From Mustelus asterias (lineage: Eukaryota): a stretch of DNA of 64,000 nt. The stretch lies in contig NW_027590219.1 in assembly GCF_964213995.1 (NCBI RefSeq), positions 372,001-436,000 on the forward strand, given 5' to 3'. Positions within the stretch are counted from its first letter, which is position 1; every line of letters starts with the position of its first letter. Shown here one piece after another: positions 35,421 through 48,383 of the stretch. Under the pieces are notes generated by a model. It saw only the letters and a program-made list of their open reading frames with translations, did no database searches and was not told the origin of the DNA. The translations under genes and the position numbers were made by a program.

Positions 35421-36607
35421 CACTTTCTCACCCGTGGTGAATGCTGGGAAAGGACCCCGCCATTGAAATAAGTTGTCACAGAATATAAAATTATGATTTG
35501 GGATTCGATTAGATTGGAGTCATTGGGCTAAAGGACCAACTTCTTTTTAATTAATTGATGGAGCAACTAAGAGCATAAGCCTTCCTCACGGGTGTAATTA
35601 ACATTAGAACGACATGTACAGTTTGATGTAAACTCAGTGGCGTCTCAACAGGTTGGATGGAAAAGATCTTTCTTTCTCCCCATCAGAACAGTTAAACTGC
35701 CCCATGCTGATAAGAATGTGCTTTGAACTTTTAAAGCCAAAGGGTTAACCAGTGAGAAAACTAAGACAATCTCTTTGCTCATGTGAAGTGTCTGAGTGGT
35801 CTCCCTCTGGTGTCCCTTTGTGCTGTTGTGTCAGTAAATGGGATGACTGAGTGAATAAATTTCCACATTCGGCAGGGAAATATTTATTTTCATGGTGGGA
35901 TTTTACCCGTGAGCTTCAAGCGGAGACAGGGATATCAAAACCTTCTGAAATTAGTTTCCTATTCTCAGTGCTCTCCAGTTGAAGAAAAACAAAATCCTGC
36001 AGATCGTAGAATCCCTACAGTGCAGAAGATCATTCAGCCCATCGAGTCTGCACCAACTCTCTGATAGAGCATCTTGCCCAGTCCCATGACCCACTCCACA
36101 ACCCCTCACATTTACCCCACTAATTCCCTTAACCTACACATGTTGGGACACTAAGGAGAAATTTAGCATCGCCAATCCACCTAACTTTCACATCTTTGGA
36201 CAGAGGCTTGAAAGAAGAATTAAAAATGGAAAATTATGGAAATACTCAGCAGATCTGGTGGCATCTGTGAAGGCAGAACCTGAGTCTGTATTTCAGGCCC
36301 AGGGACGTTCATCAGAACTGCACTGCATCAGTGCTCAGATCTGAAACATTAACCTTCTTTCTCCATCCACAGCTATGTTCTGTATTTTCAGCACACTCTG
36401 TTTTGATCCTTGTTTGAAACTCCTGCTCCAGAACTACACATTAGATTTATTAGTGACTGATATTTATTTTAATCTGTCAGCAAGTGGAAACATCTTCCAC
36501 TTGTTTATTCTGTCAAATCTTTTCATTATCTTAAAGGGTCAGAGATTTAGTACAACATTCTTGCTGGGTGTAAACTGTCAGTTCTAGCATTATTCTAGTA
36601 TTTTTTC

Positions 36608-36925
36608 ATAGAATCATAGAATCCCTACAGTGCAGAAGGAGGCCATTCAGCCCATCGAGTCTGTACCGACCACAATCCCACCCAGGCCCTATCCCGATAA
36701 CCCCATGCATTTACTCCAGCTAGTCCCTCTGACACTAAGGGGCAGTTTAGCATGGCCAATCCACTTAACGGCACCTCTTTGCACTGTGGGAGGAAATCGG
36801 AGCACCCTGAGGAAACTGACGCAGACATGGAGAGAATGTGCAAATTCCACACAGACACTGACCCAAGTCAGGAATCAAACCTGGGTCCCTGTGAGGCAGC
36901 AGTGCTAACCACTGTGCCACCATGC
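36608..36925 (-). mobile_element. HE1-like SINE
   Basis: CR1-type tail and V-core; another partial copy at ~36005-36200. Confidence 0.8.
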
Positions 36926-37779
36926 ATCATTTCCAGTCCTTCTAGATCCATTTTATAATATGGAAATCTGAGCTAATCTGAACAGAAAACTCACTATGCC
37001 CAGATGCCTGAATACCACAGTATGTTAGTAATTTTCAAATGAGCTGAATATAAGATGAGATGGAATAAACAGATTCAACGAGCAAGTCTGAAACCCTGGT
37101 TGGTGGTCCGTATACTACACCAATCAATGTTTTTGCACCTGAATCATTCCTTCCCAGAGAGGTGTTATCTTTGACCCCATAAAGGATATTATATACTATT
37201 TGATCAACCTGTCCTGATAGATTCTAGGATTTGTGGACATCCACTCCCAGATCACTGTGTTCCTGCACTCTGTTTAAAATGGTCCCATTTAGTTTATTCT
37301 GCCTCTCCTCATTCTTCCTTCCAAAATTCACCATTGATTCTGAATCACTTTAGGATGTTCTGAGAGTGTGAAAGATTTTAAATAAACGGAATAACTTTCA
37401 CTCCACGTACTGTCCAGTTCTCCTGGTGCAGTGGGACCAACATTCATGTTTTAACTAACATCACCAAAAAAACTGGATTAATAAGTTGGCCTGATTGTTG
37501 TTTGTGGAATCTTATTTTGCTCAAACTGACTGTTGTGAAACAGTAATAACTTGTATTTATAGAAGACGTTTAATGTCATAAAACATTCCAAGATACTTCA
37601 GTGGTGTTTCATAAAGAAACAAAATTGCACTGTGTTCCACAGGCTGATATTAGGGTACAAGCAAAATGTTGAAATCTGAAACAAGAACAGAAAATGCTGG
37701 AAATCTCAATAGATCTGTGGAGAGAGAATAGAGCCAATGTTTTGAGTCAGGATGACCCCGCCTCAGAGCTATTAGGGTA

Positions 37780-38850
37780 GATGGCCAAAAGCTTGATTGG
37801 AGATACATTTTAATAAGCATATTCATTTGAAAGAGGTGAGTTTCGGGTGGATATTTCAGAGTTTCATGCCGATGCCCAGCCACCAATGGTATTTAAAATC
37901 AGCGATGCTAAAGAGTCCAGAATGAGAGGAGCGCTGATATCTCAGAGGGTGTGGAACTGGAGATTACACAGATCGGGAGGGATGAGACCATGGAGGGATT
38001 TGTAAACAAGGATGTGAATTTTAAAATGGAGTCATCACGTGACCAGGTGCCATTACCGGTCAGTGAGCACAGGGGGATGGGTGAACCGGGCTTGGTGTGA
38101 GAAAGCACATGGGCAGAGTTTTGGATGACCTCACATTTCTGTGTGGGGGTGGGGTGAAGGTGAGAGGCTCATCAGGAATGTACTAGAATTGTCAAGTCTA
38201 AAGGTAACATGAGCATGGAAGAGGGTTTCAGCAGCAGATCAGCTGGGGTGGAGACAGGTGACATTATGGAGATTGAACTACCTGCTTTTAGTGATGCTGT
38301 GGATATGTGGTCATAAACTCACCTTGGATAATGTTGCCCAGTGACAGCATGCAGATGAGAAATAAGAGCAGCGAAGGAGAGCTCCTTGGAGAACTCCAAT
38401 TACCAGGATTTTGGAGAGGAAAGGGAGGTCGGAATTGAGGCAGCAGTTTGCAAAGATGGTGGGGTCAATTGTTTTTAAATTATGATTACTGATGGTGAAT
38501 TTAAGAGAAATATTTTTGAATGATATCAGCTAACATGGAGAAGTTGAATGGTCAGCAGTTTTGTGAGGCTGGGATCAAGAAAGCAGGTGGATCTCATGGA
38601 CAGGATGATCTGTGAGGGGGAAGGAGATAGAAGAGAAACTGGAAAAGGATGTGAGTTCAGGGCTTGGTCAAGAAGGAAATTTACAGACAGTTTGGCCCGG
38701 TGGGCAAGTGGAAGGGAGGGAAGCAGCAGAGGCAGTTGATCAGATTGTCTCAATCTTAGTGACAAAGAAGCTCCATAAGCTCCTCACGTTTGTTGTTAGA
38801 GGTGGGGATGGAGGAGACAAAGGAGAGAGAGAGCTCTTCAAAAGGAACTA
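37780..38850 (-). mobile_element. Decayed L2/CR1-group LINE ORF2 fragments (endonuclease-to-RT linker region)
   Basis: Minus-strand remnants such as FTNPSMVSS.. and CFLDPSLTKLL resemble L2 ORF2. Confidence 0.45.
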
Positions 38851-39028
38851 ACTTGTGCTAGTGAAATTATAAAGGCGTAACATTATGTGCAATACAAAGC
38901 TGATTTTTGTGACTTTTATCGAGAATATTAGTCCATACAACTGGATTGGAGTTTATTAAAGTAAGCAGAAATAGACCCTAATGAATATGGTTCAGTCCTG
39001 TATGTGATTAACAGCAAAATCTATTCAC

Positions 39029-40219
39029 TTATTCGTTGTGAACTCGCTGGTGTTTGCACCATGTGGATGAGACAGTGAATCCCTTCCCACACGCTTGGCA
39101 GGTGTGAACTCGCTGGTGTCTCAGCAGTGTAGATGACTGAGTGAATCTCTTCCCACACTTGGAGCAGATGAATGGCCTCTCCGCGGTGTGAATTCGCTGG
39201 TGTGCAGCGAGTTGTTCTGGTCCCCTGAACCGTGTCCCGCAGTGAGAGCACCTGAACGGTCTCTCATCAGTGTGAACACGTTGATGGCGGATCAGTTCCC
39301 CGGAATATTTGTAGCATTTCTCGCAGTGTGAGCATTTAAAAGGTCTCTCAATGGTGTGAACACGTTGATGGTACAACAGTTCCCGAGAACTTTTATAGCA
39401 CTTCCCACAGTCCGGACATTCAAATGATCTCTTGTCAGTGTGAACACTTTGGTGCTTCAGCAGAGTGGACATATCAGTGAACGTCTTCCCACATTCGGAG
39501 CAGGGGAACGGCCTCTCTCCAGTGTGAACTCGCTGGTGTGTTAGCAGTGCAGATGACTGAGTGAATCGTTTTCCACACCGAGAGCAGGAGAACGGTCTCT
39601 CCCCGGTGTGAACTCGCTGGTGCACAATCAGTTCTCCTGATCGTCTGAACCCATTCCCGCAGTGAGAGCACCTGAACGGCCTCTCATCAGTGTGAACAAG
39701 TTGATGGCGCATCAGGTCCAGGGAACTTTTATAGCACTTGCCACAGTCTGGGCATTTAAAAGGTCTCTCCTCAGTGTGAATTCGCTGGTGTTTCAGCAGG
39801 TTGGACAGTTGAGCAAATCCCTTCTCACATTTGGAGCAGGTGAATGGCCTCTCCCCACTATGAACACGCTGGTGCGTCAACAGCCCTGATGATCGAGTAA
39901 ATCCCTTCCCGCACTCGGGGCAGGTGAATGGTGTCTCTCCACTATGAACACGCTGGTGTCTCCGCAGGTGGGAGGATTGACTGAATCTCTTACCACACTG
40001 TTGGCAGGTGAATGGTTTCTCTTCAGTGTGAACCTGCTGGTGTTGTAGCAGGTTGGATGACCGACTGAATGTCTTCCCACACTCAGAGCAGGTGAATGGC
40101 TTCTCCCCAGTGTGAATGCGCTGATGAGCTTCCAGCTCGGACGGCGATCTGAAACCCTCCCCACAGTCTCCACATTTCCACCGTTTCTCCTGATTCTGAG
40201 TGGTGCTTTTTCCTTCCAT
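39029..40219 (-). CDS. C2H2 zinc-finger protein, 14 fingers, MEGKST-type N-terminus
   Basis: Intact ORF; first ATG at 40219; the last finger lacks its linker. Confidence 0.9.
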   Translation of the reverse strand: MEGKSTTQNQEKRWKCGDCGEGFRSPSELEAHQRIHTGEKPFTCSECGKTFSRSSNLLQHQQVHTEEKPFTCQQCGKRFSQSSHLRRHQRVHSGETPFTCPECGKGFTRSSGLLTHQRVHSGERPFTCSKCEKGFAQLSNLLKHQRIHTEERPFKCPDCGKCYKSSLDLMRHQLVHTDERPFRCSHCGNGFRRSGELIVHQRVHTGERPFSCSRCGKRFTQSSALLTHQRVHTGERPFPCSECGKTFTDMSTLLKHQSVHTDKRSFECPDCGKCYKSSRELLYHQRVHTIERPFKCSHCEKCYKYSGELIRHQRVHTDERPFRCSHCGTRFRGPEQLAAHQRIHTAERPFICSKCGKRFTQSSTLLRHQRVHTCQACGKGFTVSSTWCKHQRVHNE

Positions 40220-41014
40220 GTTCAAAATTCAGGAATATTCAGGTTACAATAAATGGGCAACTCTCTCTGATCATGATGTTGTGTTTTGTTTGAATTTTCT
40301 GATTGTGAATCCTCCTCTTCTAACACCCTGGGAAAGTGATATACAATAGAAAATACAAGAATGAGAGAGAATCCAGAAAAACAGGTTGTGAAATTGGCAA
40401 CTTGTGGGACCAACACTAGGAAAAGGGACCATGAAAGCTGCCCAGATTGTTGTAACCCAACTGGTTCAGTAATGTCCTTCAGACAAGGGAACATTCCACC
40501 CTGTCTGGACCCAGACAAATTCAGGTCTCTATAAAAACATAAGAGACAGGAGAAGCAGACCATTCAATCTGCCAAGCCTGTCCATCTTCCAATACAATTG
40601 AGGCTGATCCTAATCTTCAACTCCGCTTTTCCACACACTCCCCATATCGTTTGACTCACTGAGATACCAAAAATCCCTTTATTTCATCCTGAAATATATT
40701 CAATTTAGAAGCATCCAGAACCCTCTGGGGTGGAAAATTCTGTCTGATAAGTGTAGCAGAAAGTGGGAAAATGCAGCTATATGTGACACCATCACCTGCA
40801 GATCTCCTGCAGGTCACACACCATCCTGATTTGTCTGACATCCAATACTATTTGAAAAGGAGAAGACCAACGTCATTGTCTTCAGTTTCCAGTACAAACT
40901 CATTAGCCACTGACTCCATTCCCCCTACGTGGGAACTGAGGCTGAACAAAGCTATTCATAAATTCCCAAACTGAGATTCTGAGCACAGTTTCAAATCATC
41001 AATAAGACCGTCTA

Positions 41015-41280
41015 GGGCAGCATGGTGGCACAGTGGTTAGCGCTACTGCCTCATAGTGCCAGGGACCTGTGTTCCCGGCTCGAGTCACTGTGCGGAGACT
41101 GCACGTTCTCCACGTGTCTGCGTGGGTTTCCTCCGGATGCTCCAGTTTCCCCCCAAAGTCCGAAAGACATGTTGGTTGGGTGCATTGGCCCTGCTAAATT
41201 CTCCTCAGGTGCCGGACTTGGGGAATTTCACAGTAACTCCATTGCAGTGTAAGCCTACCTGTGACACTAATAATAAATAA
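41015..41280 (+). mobile_element. HE1-head SINE with alternative (Rex1-like) tail
   Basis: GGGCAGCATGGTGGCACAGTGGTTAGC head; tail TTTCACAGTAAC..TGTGACACTAATAATAAA. Confidence 0.75.
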
Positions 41281-41309
41281 ATAGTTCCACCTCAATACCG
41301 CCCTAGTCT

Positions 41310-41780
41310 CATGTGCTCTGCTGTCTATTACCCTTATAAGGATAGCGGCCGCGCATGTGCTCTGCTGTCCATTGCCCCGACAAAGATGGCGGCGCGCACA
41401 TTCTCTGCTGTCTATTGCCCCCACAAAGATGGCAGCTGCGCATGTGCTCTGCTGTCCAGTGCCCCCTGTAAAGATGGCGGCAGCACTGCCTATTGTCCAA
41501 GATGGCGGGGCTGCAAAATTGATCATAACGCGGGATCTTTAGCGGCTTATTTGTGGTTTGAGACCTCCATCCCTGTTTATGAAAACTCCCTTTCCAACAC
41601 CGGGTTTTATGAAGCCTTCGTTCTCATCCTTCGGCTCCATTTAACCTCACTCACCCGCTGTCTCCAATCAGTTTCTGCTCTCCCCGTGGCTCTGATACCA
41701 CCCCCGTCCGTGACTGCTAACACCAGCATTGCGCATGCTCCAGTCAGAGCGGCACTGCGCCTGCGCAATGATCTACGATT
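41310..41780 (-). promoter_or_regulatory. Promoter/first-exon region of the 40219 gene with tandem YY1-like sites
   Basis: Four to five ~40-bp repeats containing AAGATGGC(GGC); TGCGCATGC, TGCGCCTGCGCA and CCAAT. Confidence 0.6.
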
Positions 41781-41903
41781 ACGAATGATAGGGCTCATTC
41801 ACTCGGTAAAGGCAAAGTGCTGAATATGTTGGAATCTGAAACAGAAACAGAAAAATGTTGGAAAATCGCAGCAGGTCTGACAGCTTCTGTGGAGAGAGAG
41901 TAG

Positions 41904-42010
41904 TCATGATGTGGAGATGCCGGCGTTGGACTGGGGTAAACACAGTAAGAAGGTTAACAACACCAGGTTAAAGTCCAACAGGTTTATCTGGTGTTGTTAA
42001 ACTTCTTACT
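41904..42010. mobile_element. Miniature Penelope-like insertion (inverted termini only)
   Basis: 12-bp TSD GAGAGAGAGTAG (41892-41903, 42011-42022); termini match those of 46869-48443. Confidence 0.75.
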
Positions 42011-42084
42011 GAGAGAGAGTAGAGCAGAGCTTTGACGAAGGGTAATCTAGACTCAGAACATTGGCTCTGTCTCTCCACAGATGC

Positions 42085-42590
42085 TTTGATTTGATTTGAT
42101 TTATTGTCACATGTATTAACATACAGTGAAAAGTATTGTTTCTTGTGCGCTATACAGACAAAACATACCATTCATAGAGAAGGAAATGAGACAGTGCAGA
42201 ATGTAGTGTTACAGTCATAGCTAGAGTGTAGAGAAAGATCAACTTAATGCAAAGTAAGTCCATTCAAAAGACTGACAGCAGCAGGGAAGAAGCTGTCCTT
42301 GAGTCAGTTGGTACATGACCTCAGACTTTTGTATCTTTTTCCCAAAGGAAGAAGGTGGAAGAGAGAATGTCCGGGGTGCGTGGGGTCCTTAATTATGCTG
42401 GCTGCTTTGCTGAGGCAGTGAGAAGTGTAGACAGAGTCAATGGATGGGAGGCTGGTTCGCATGATGGATTGAGCAACATTCATGACCTTTTGTAGTTCCT
42501 TGTGGTCTTGGACAGAGCAGAGCCATACCAAGCTGTGATACAACCAGAAAGAATGCTGTCTATGCTGCATCTATAAAAGTTGGTGAGAGT
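42085..42590 (-). mobile_element. Rex1/Babar-clade LINE 3' end
   Basis: KAASIIKDPTHPGHSLFHLLP.GKRYKSL motif; tail GTGACAATAAATCAAATCAAATCAA. Confidence 0.8.
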
Positions 42591-43639
42591 CAGACCTGCT
42601 GAGGTTTTCCAGCATTTTTGTTTTTGTTGCTTATTCACCCTCCCCGTGCAGGCTGGGTAATAACACAGCCACTGCCTTCAGATATTGTCAAATGCAAAAC
42701 CATCCCTTTTTATCTGATTACGATTTGAACCATACACCTAAAATGATTAAATCACCAGATTAAATACTTTGGATCTGCGCCATCATTCATTTGCATTTGA
42801 TTGCAAGCGAAACAAAGCCCTAAATGTCAAATGCGAATTCACTGGAATCTCAACAGGGGGTGTGAGCAGATGTTTCTTTTCTCAGAAAGAGAACATTTAA
42901 GCAGCACCTCAGCACCAAGAATGCACTGATTGTATATCAACTACTCTGAACTTCCAAAGCTGTTAGCATATTAAGGAAAATGACAGAAGACAGATTTACT
43001 GTTGAAGAATAAACAATACAAAATCCATTACACCTTTCGCTCGCTTCTGCTCTGAAGAACAAATTTAGACTCAAACTATTAACTCTGTTTCACTCTCCAC
43101 GGATCCTGCAAGACCTATTGAGTTTTTCCAGAATTTTCAGTTTTCATTTCAGATTTCCAGCATCTGTGGTGTTTTATGTTCTGGACCCAAATAGTTTCTC
43201 TTCAACTGCTTTGTTCCTGTGTCTCCCAGATTTTGACACAGAGGCACTGAACCTAATGCAGGGTCGTATCAACATCAGCCCTGGTCACCCCACACATGCT
43301 CCGATTGGTTAGGGGTCCATTTCCCAGCCAGCCCTTTAGCATCTTCCTGTATATGGCACCCATGGCAGTTCGTCAACTGGGGTGCAGGCCCCATTATTCT
43401 CAGCTAAATTCAACCCTCAGCCCCACCTGTCTGCCATTTCCCCAAGCAAAAGAAAGACAGGAAGGTGCTGGAGGTTCAAATCGCAATTTGTGGTTCTGAA
43501 CCAACTCTTCATCATTTGTCAGTCAAAAAGATCCTATTTACACTGGAATATTTAGTATTAGATTTTGGGCATGGAGGCTCAGGGTGGGGGCTTTCAAAGG
43601 GTAAATTTCACTTTTTAGCTTTGGATTGGCGATAGTGTC

Positions 43640-44080
43640 AACCATTGTTCAATGAGCAGCATTCTCACCTCTGAGTGAGGAGGTTACGGCATCAAATTCC
43701 ACTCCAGGGACATAAGCTCAGAAATCAAAGCCATAGTTCCTCATGCCAGCACTGAGGGAGTGCTGCACTGTCAGAGCAGCTTTCCTTCAAATAAGATTTT
43801 AAACTGAGGGTCCTGTCTGCTCTCGAAAGTGGATGCAAAAATCCCACAGTCAGTATTTTGAAGCAGAGCAGGGGAGTTATCCCCGGTGTCCTGGCCAATA
43901 TTTATCTCTCAATCAACATCATTAAAACAGATCATCTGGGTATTATCACATTGTTGTTTGAGGGATCTAGCCGTGTGTAAATTGCCTGCCATGTTTCACA
44001 CATTACAACAGTGACTACACTTCAAAAGTACTTCATTGGCTGGAAAGCATTTTGGGATGTTTTGTAGTTGTAAAATGTTA
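43640..44080 (+). mobile_element. Deu-domain SINE (SacSINE1/AmnSINE-like)
   Basis: Core GGGGAGTTATCCCCGGTGTCCTGGCCAATATT; tail AAGTACTTCATTGGCTG. Confidence 0.65.
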
Positions 44081-45672
44081 TCTGATCTTGTTATCTGTAA
44101 TTTAATTGATTTCAGCCACCTGCAACTTGCTATTTAATTAATTCACTTTAGTTCAGATAAGATTTTAACCAATTAAAGCAAAGACAGAATTATCTGGATA
44201 ATAAATTTAAAATAAAGTTTATTAAATGAAAAAGGGTTTTTGAACAGCTTTGAAACAATGATTTTTACAACTTCATACAAGCAATCAGTCTGGAGAAGCA
44301 TAACCCTCTCGGGCTCCTTCTTTGATAGTAATGCTTCTGGAATTCAGCCTTTGGGAGTCTGGCTCCTTCGTTGACAGTAATTTCCCTGAAACTGGGCCTC
44401 AGAAATCTTCAGTACTTGTCCGACAAGGTAGATATTTAGAAATCTATTTTTAGCCCCAAAGTGACCATTACGTCACATCAGAGGTGGGCCTGTTGTAACA
44501 TGACCCATTGGTCAATTTGCTTATTAGATTAATTTATTAATTGGATCCCCAATTACTTCACACAATTGAACTGTTTTATACTATCTCTTTATCTGATTCT
44601 AAAACCATTACTTACCCATACAATATCAAATGTTGATGCTAATCAGAGTCTGAAGGTCTCTCTTGCCAGTACATTTATCATCATTGTACATTCTTTCTGT
44701 TCACAGCAATCAAACTTCTATATTTTTCAGAAAATTAAACACAGTGTTTTACTATAACTACTGATTCATGAATCGTAACACAATTAAGGCTCACTACTTA
44801 TTCAAGCATCTATTACAGACTGGTAGTAAGTGAGAACAGTAATTGCTGAAGGACAAGACATGTTGAAATGTTTAATTTTGCACTCATCAGGACATTCACA
44901 AGAAATGTAAAGGGAACGACAATATATACTTCGTAAAAGGAGAGTTTTGATTTGTTGGCAAGTGGACTCGGATTGGTAGAGGCATTGCCATGTAGACTGC
45001 AATAGTAAATTGATGACTTACAGTTAACTGCCATGCTTTGTTCAAGCTCAAACCAGGCAGGTTGACTCTGATTGGATCAAGGCACTGCCCTGTGGAATGA
45101 ACCACAGGGCTGTTGCTACTCTGTTCAGTTGAAACAAGTGCAATGTGTGTATATGTTCTTTCTGTCTGCAAAGAACAGGGTTCTGTGTATTAATATACAT
45201 ATCTTCTGGAACACATAAGTGCACCACACTGTGAGCCCAACTAGTAAACTGAATGGTCCCCTCCCAACCCTAATGACACAAAGATCTAATGAGACAAATT
45301 TCAGCTGCCTCACTCTCCAAATAACTGAAGCCCCTCATCCCTGATATCATTCTGATAAATCCTCTCTCCAACCTCGAGACTCAATGGGACAGAGAGAAAT
45401 GTATTTATTATAGATCTACCTGTGGTGGTAGGAAAAACACTATTTATTATCTATATTATTTATTAAAATAAATGTCCTTCTTCAGCTTTTGTGGATCATT
45501 TCAGTGGAAATGTGCTCTCCCAGACTCAAAGAGCATCAGCCCACTGGAAGCAAAGTCATGAAACCGGCCAGTCCAGCAAAAAGAAACCTTCCGACCCTCC
45601 CACTTCACCAACTGTCAGAATGAACGTGGTTCAGTCCTGGATGTGATTAACAGCAGAATCCAATCCCTGTAA

Positions 45673-46263
45673 TCACTTGTGAACTTGCTGGTGTCTCAGC
45701 AGGTTAGATAATTGTGCAAATCTCTTTCCACACACAGTGCAGGTGAACGGCTTCTCCCCGGTGTGAACTCGCTGGTGTCTCAGTAGGGCAGATGGATCAC
45801 TGAATCCTTTCTGACACTCAAAGCAGGTGAACGGCCTCTCCCTGGTGTGAACCCGTTGGTGCACCAGCAGATTGCAAGACTGAGTGAATCCTTTCCCACA
45901 GTCAGAGCAGGTGAACGGTCTCTCCCCAGTGTGAACTCCCTGGTGTGTCAGAAGGTGTGATGAATCTCTGAATCCCTTCCCACACACAGAGCAAGAGAAC
46001 GGTCTCTCCCCAGTGTGAACTCACTGGTGTGTCAGAAGGTGTGATGAATCTCGGAATCCCTTTCCACACTCAGCGCAGATGAACGGCCTGTCCTTGGTGT
46101 GAACATGCCGATGTTTCCTCAAGGTCGATGAATCACTGAATCCCTTCCCACAGTCAGAGCAGCTAAATGGTCTCTCTCCAGTGTGAATGCGTCGATGAGT
46201 TTCCAATGCAGACGGGAAACAAAATCCCTTCCCACAATCCCTACATTTCCACGGTTTCACCAT
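45673..46263 (-). pseudogene. 7-finger ZNF gene with an in-frame TGA in finger 3
   Basis: ATG at 46263 (MVKPWK); HQ*VH at 46021-46023; the same frame resumes to the stop at 45673. Confidence 0.8.
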
Positions 46264-46958
46264 GGTGTTGGTGTCCTTGTGTCTCTCCAAGTTTAACAAT
46301 CAGTTGAAGCCTTGTCCACACACAGAACGTGTGTACAGTTTCTCCTCGCTGCGAATGGTGTGGTGTTTTTTCAGGCTGTGTAACTGGTTAAAGCTCGTTC
46401 CACAGTCAATTCAATGGAACACTCTCACTCAGGTTTGTCTGTGTCTCAGTGCTTTTCCAGTCACACTGATGTTTAAAATCTCTTGAAGCAGACAGAATAA
46501 ATAAATAATTTTCCCCCTAGATTCAAAGGCTGGTGATATTCAGCTCCCAATGAATTGATTAAATCTGTCAGATCTTGGCATGACATTTGGTTTGAGATTT
46601 TGCTTTGCAATTTTGCTTTGCAAATCCTCCCCTTCGAATATTCTGCAAAAGTAGTTTCATCACTGACAGGACATGACAGAAATTCAGAACAATTTTACTT
46701 CCTATGGAACACTATTTCCTCTCTCATTTTCCAAAAGCTGTCATTCTCCCTCACAAAAACGTCCCATTATTCTCATTCTGCCGTTCCTTATATACGCCCT
46801 TCCAATTCTCTCACAGATGCCCATTTATCCTGATCAATAGAACCATTCTCACTGTTTCCTGTCCAGAAGTGGAGATGCCAGCATTGGACTGGGGTAAACA
46901 CAGTAAGAAGTCTCACAACACCAGGTTAAAATCCAACAGGTTTATTTGGTAGCAAAAG

Positions 46959-46995
46959 CCACTAGCTTTCGGAGCGCTGCTCCTTCGTCAGGTAA
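46959..46995 (-). ncRNA. Minimal hammerhead ribozyme motif (Penelope-associated)
   Basis: UAC-CUGACGA-A-GGAGC-AGC-GCUCC-GAAA-GC-UA-GUG on the minus strand. Confidence 0.7.
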
Positions 46996-48346
46996 GTGGG
47001 AGTTCTGTTCTCAAACAGATAAAGACGCAAACTCAATTTACAAAATAATGGTTGGAATGCGAGTCTTTACAGGGAATCAAGTCTTAAAGGTACAGACAAT
47101 ACGAGTGGAGAGAGCATCAAGCACAGGTTAAAGAGATGTGTATTGTCTCCAGACAGGACAGTTAGTGAGATTTTGCAAGCCCAGGCAAGTCGTGGGGGTT
47201 ACAGATAGTGTGACATGAACCCAAGATCCTGGTTGAGGCTGTCCTCATGTGTGCGGAACTTGGCTATCAGTCTCTGCTCAGCGACTCTGCGTTGTCGTGT
47301 GTCGTGAAGGCCGCCTTGGAGAACGCTTACCTAAAGATCAGAGGCCGAATGCCCGTGACCGCTGAAGTGTTCCCCAACAGGAAGAGAACACTCTTGCCTG
47401 GTGATTGTCGAGCGGTGTTCATTCATCCGTTGTCGTAGCATCTGCATGGTTTTCCCAAATGTACCATGCCTCAGGACATCCTTTCCTGCGGCGTATCAGG
47501 TAGATAACATTGGCCAAGTTGCAAGAGTATGTACCGTGTGCCTGGTGGATGGTGTTCTCACGTGAGATGATGGCATCCGTATCGATGATCCGGCACATCT
47601 CGCCAAGGCCATCCCCACACTCCCACTTCTTGCCTTCAAACAACCACACAACCTCAAACAGACCATTGTCCGCAGCAAACTACCCAGCCTTCAGAAGTAC
47701 AGTGACCACAACACCACACAACCCTGCCACAGCAACCTCTGCAAGACATGCCGGATCATCGACATGGATGCCATCATCTCACATGAGAACACCATCCCCC
47801 AGGTACACAGTACATACTCTTGCAACTCGGCCAACGTTGTCTACCTGATACGCTGCAGGAAAGGATGTCCCGAGGCATGGTACATTGGGGAGACCATGCA
47901 GACGCTACGACAACGGACGAATGAACACCGCCCGACAATCACCAGGCAAGAGTGTTCTCTTCCTGTTGGGGAACACTTCAGCGGTCACGGGCATTTGGCC
48001 TCTGATCTTCGGGTAAGCGTTCTCCAAGGCGGCCTTCACAACACACGACAATGCAGAGTCGCTGAGCAGAGACTGATAGCCAAGTTCCGCACACATGAGG
48101 ACGGCCTCAACCGGGATCTTGGGTTCATGTCACACTATCTGTAACCCCACGACTTGCCTGGGCTTGTAAAATCTCACTAACTGTCCTGTCTGGAGACAAT
48201 ACACATCTCTTTAACCTCAACGCTCTCTCCACTCACATTGTCTGTACCTTTAAGACTTGATTTCTTGCAAAGACTCGCATTCCAACCATTATTTTGTAAA
48301 TTGAGTTTGTGTTTTTATATGCCCTGTTTGTGAACAGAACTCCCAC

Positions 48347-48383
48347 TTACCTGACGAAGGAGCAGCGCTCCGAAAGCTAGTGG
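48347..48383 (+). ncRNA. Minimal hammerhead ribozyme motif (Penelope-associated)
   Basis: TTAC CTGACGA A GGAGC AGC GCTCC GAAA GC TA GTGG: conserved core, 5-bp stem II, palindromic stem III. Confidence 0.72.
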
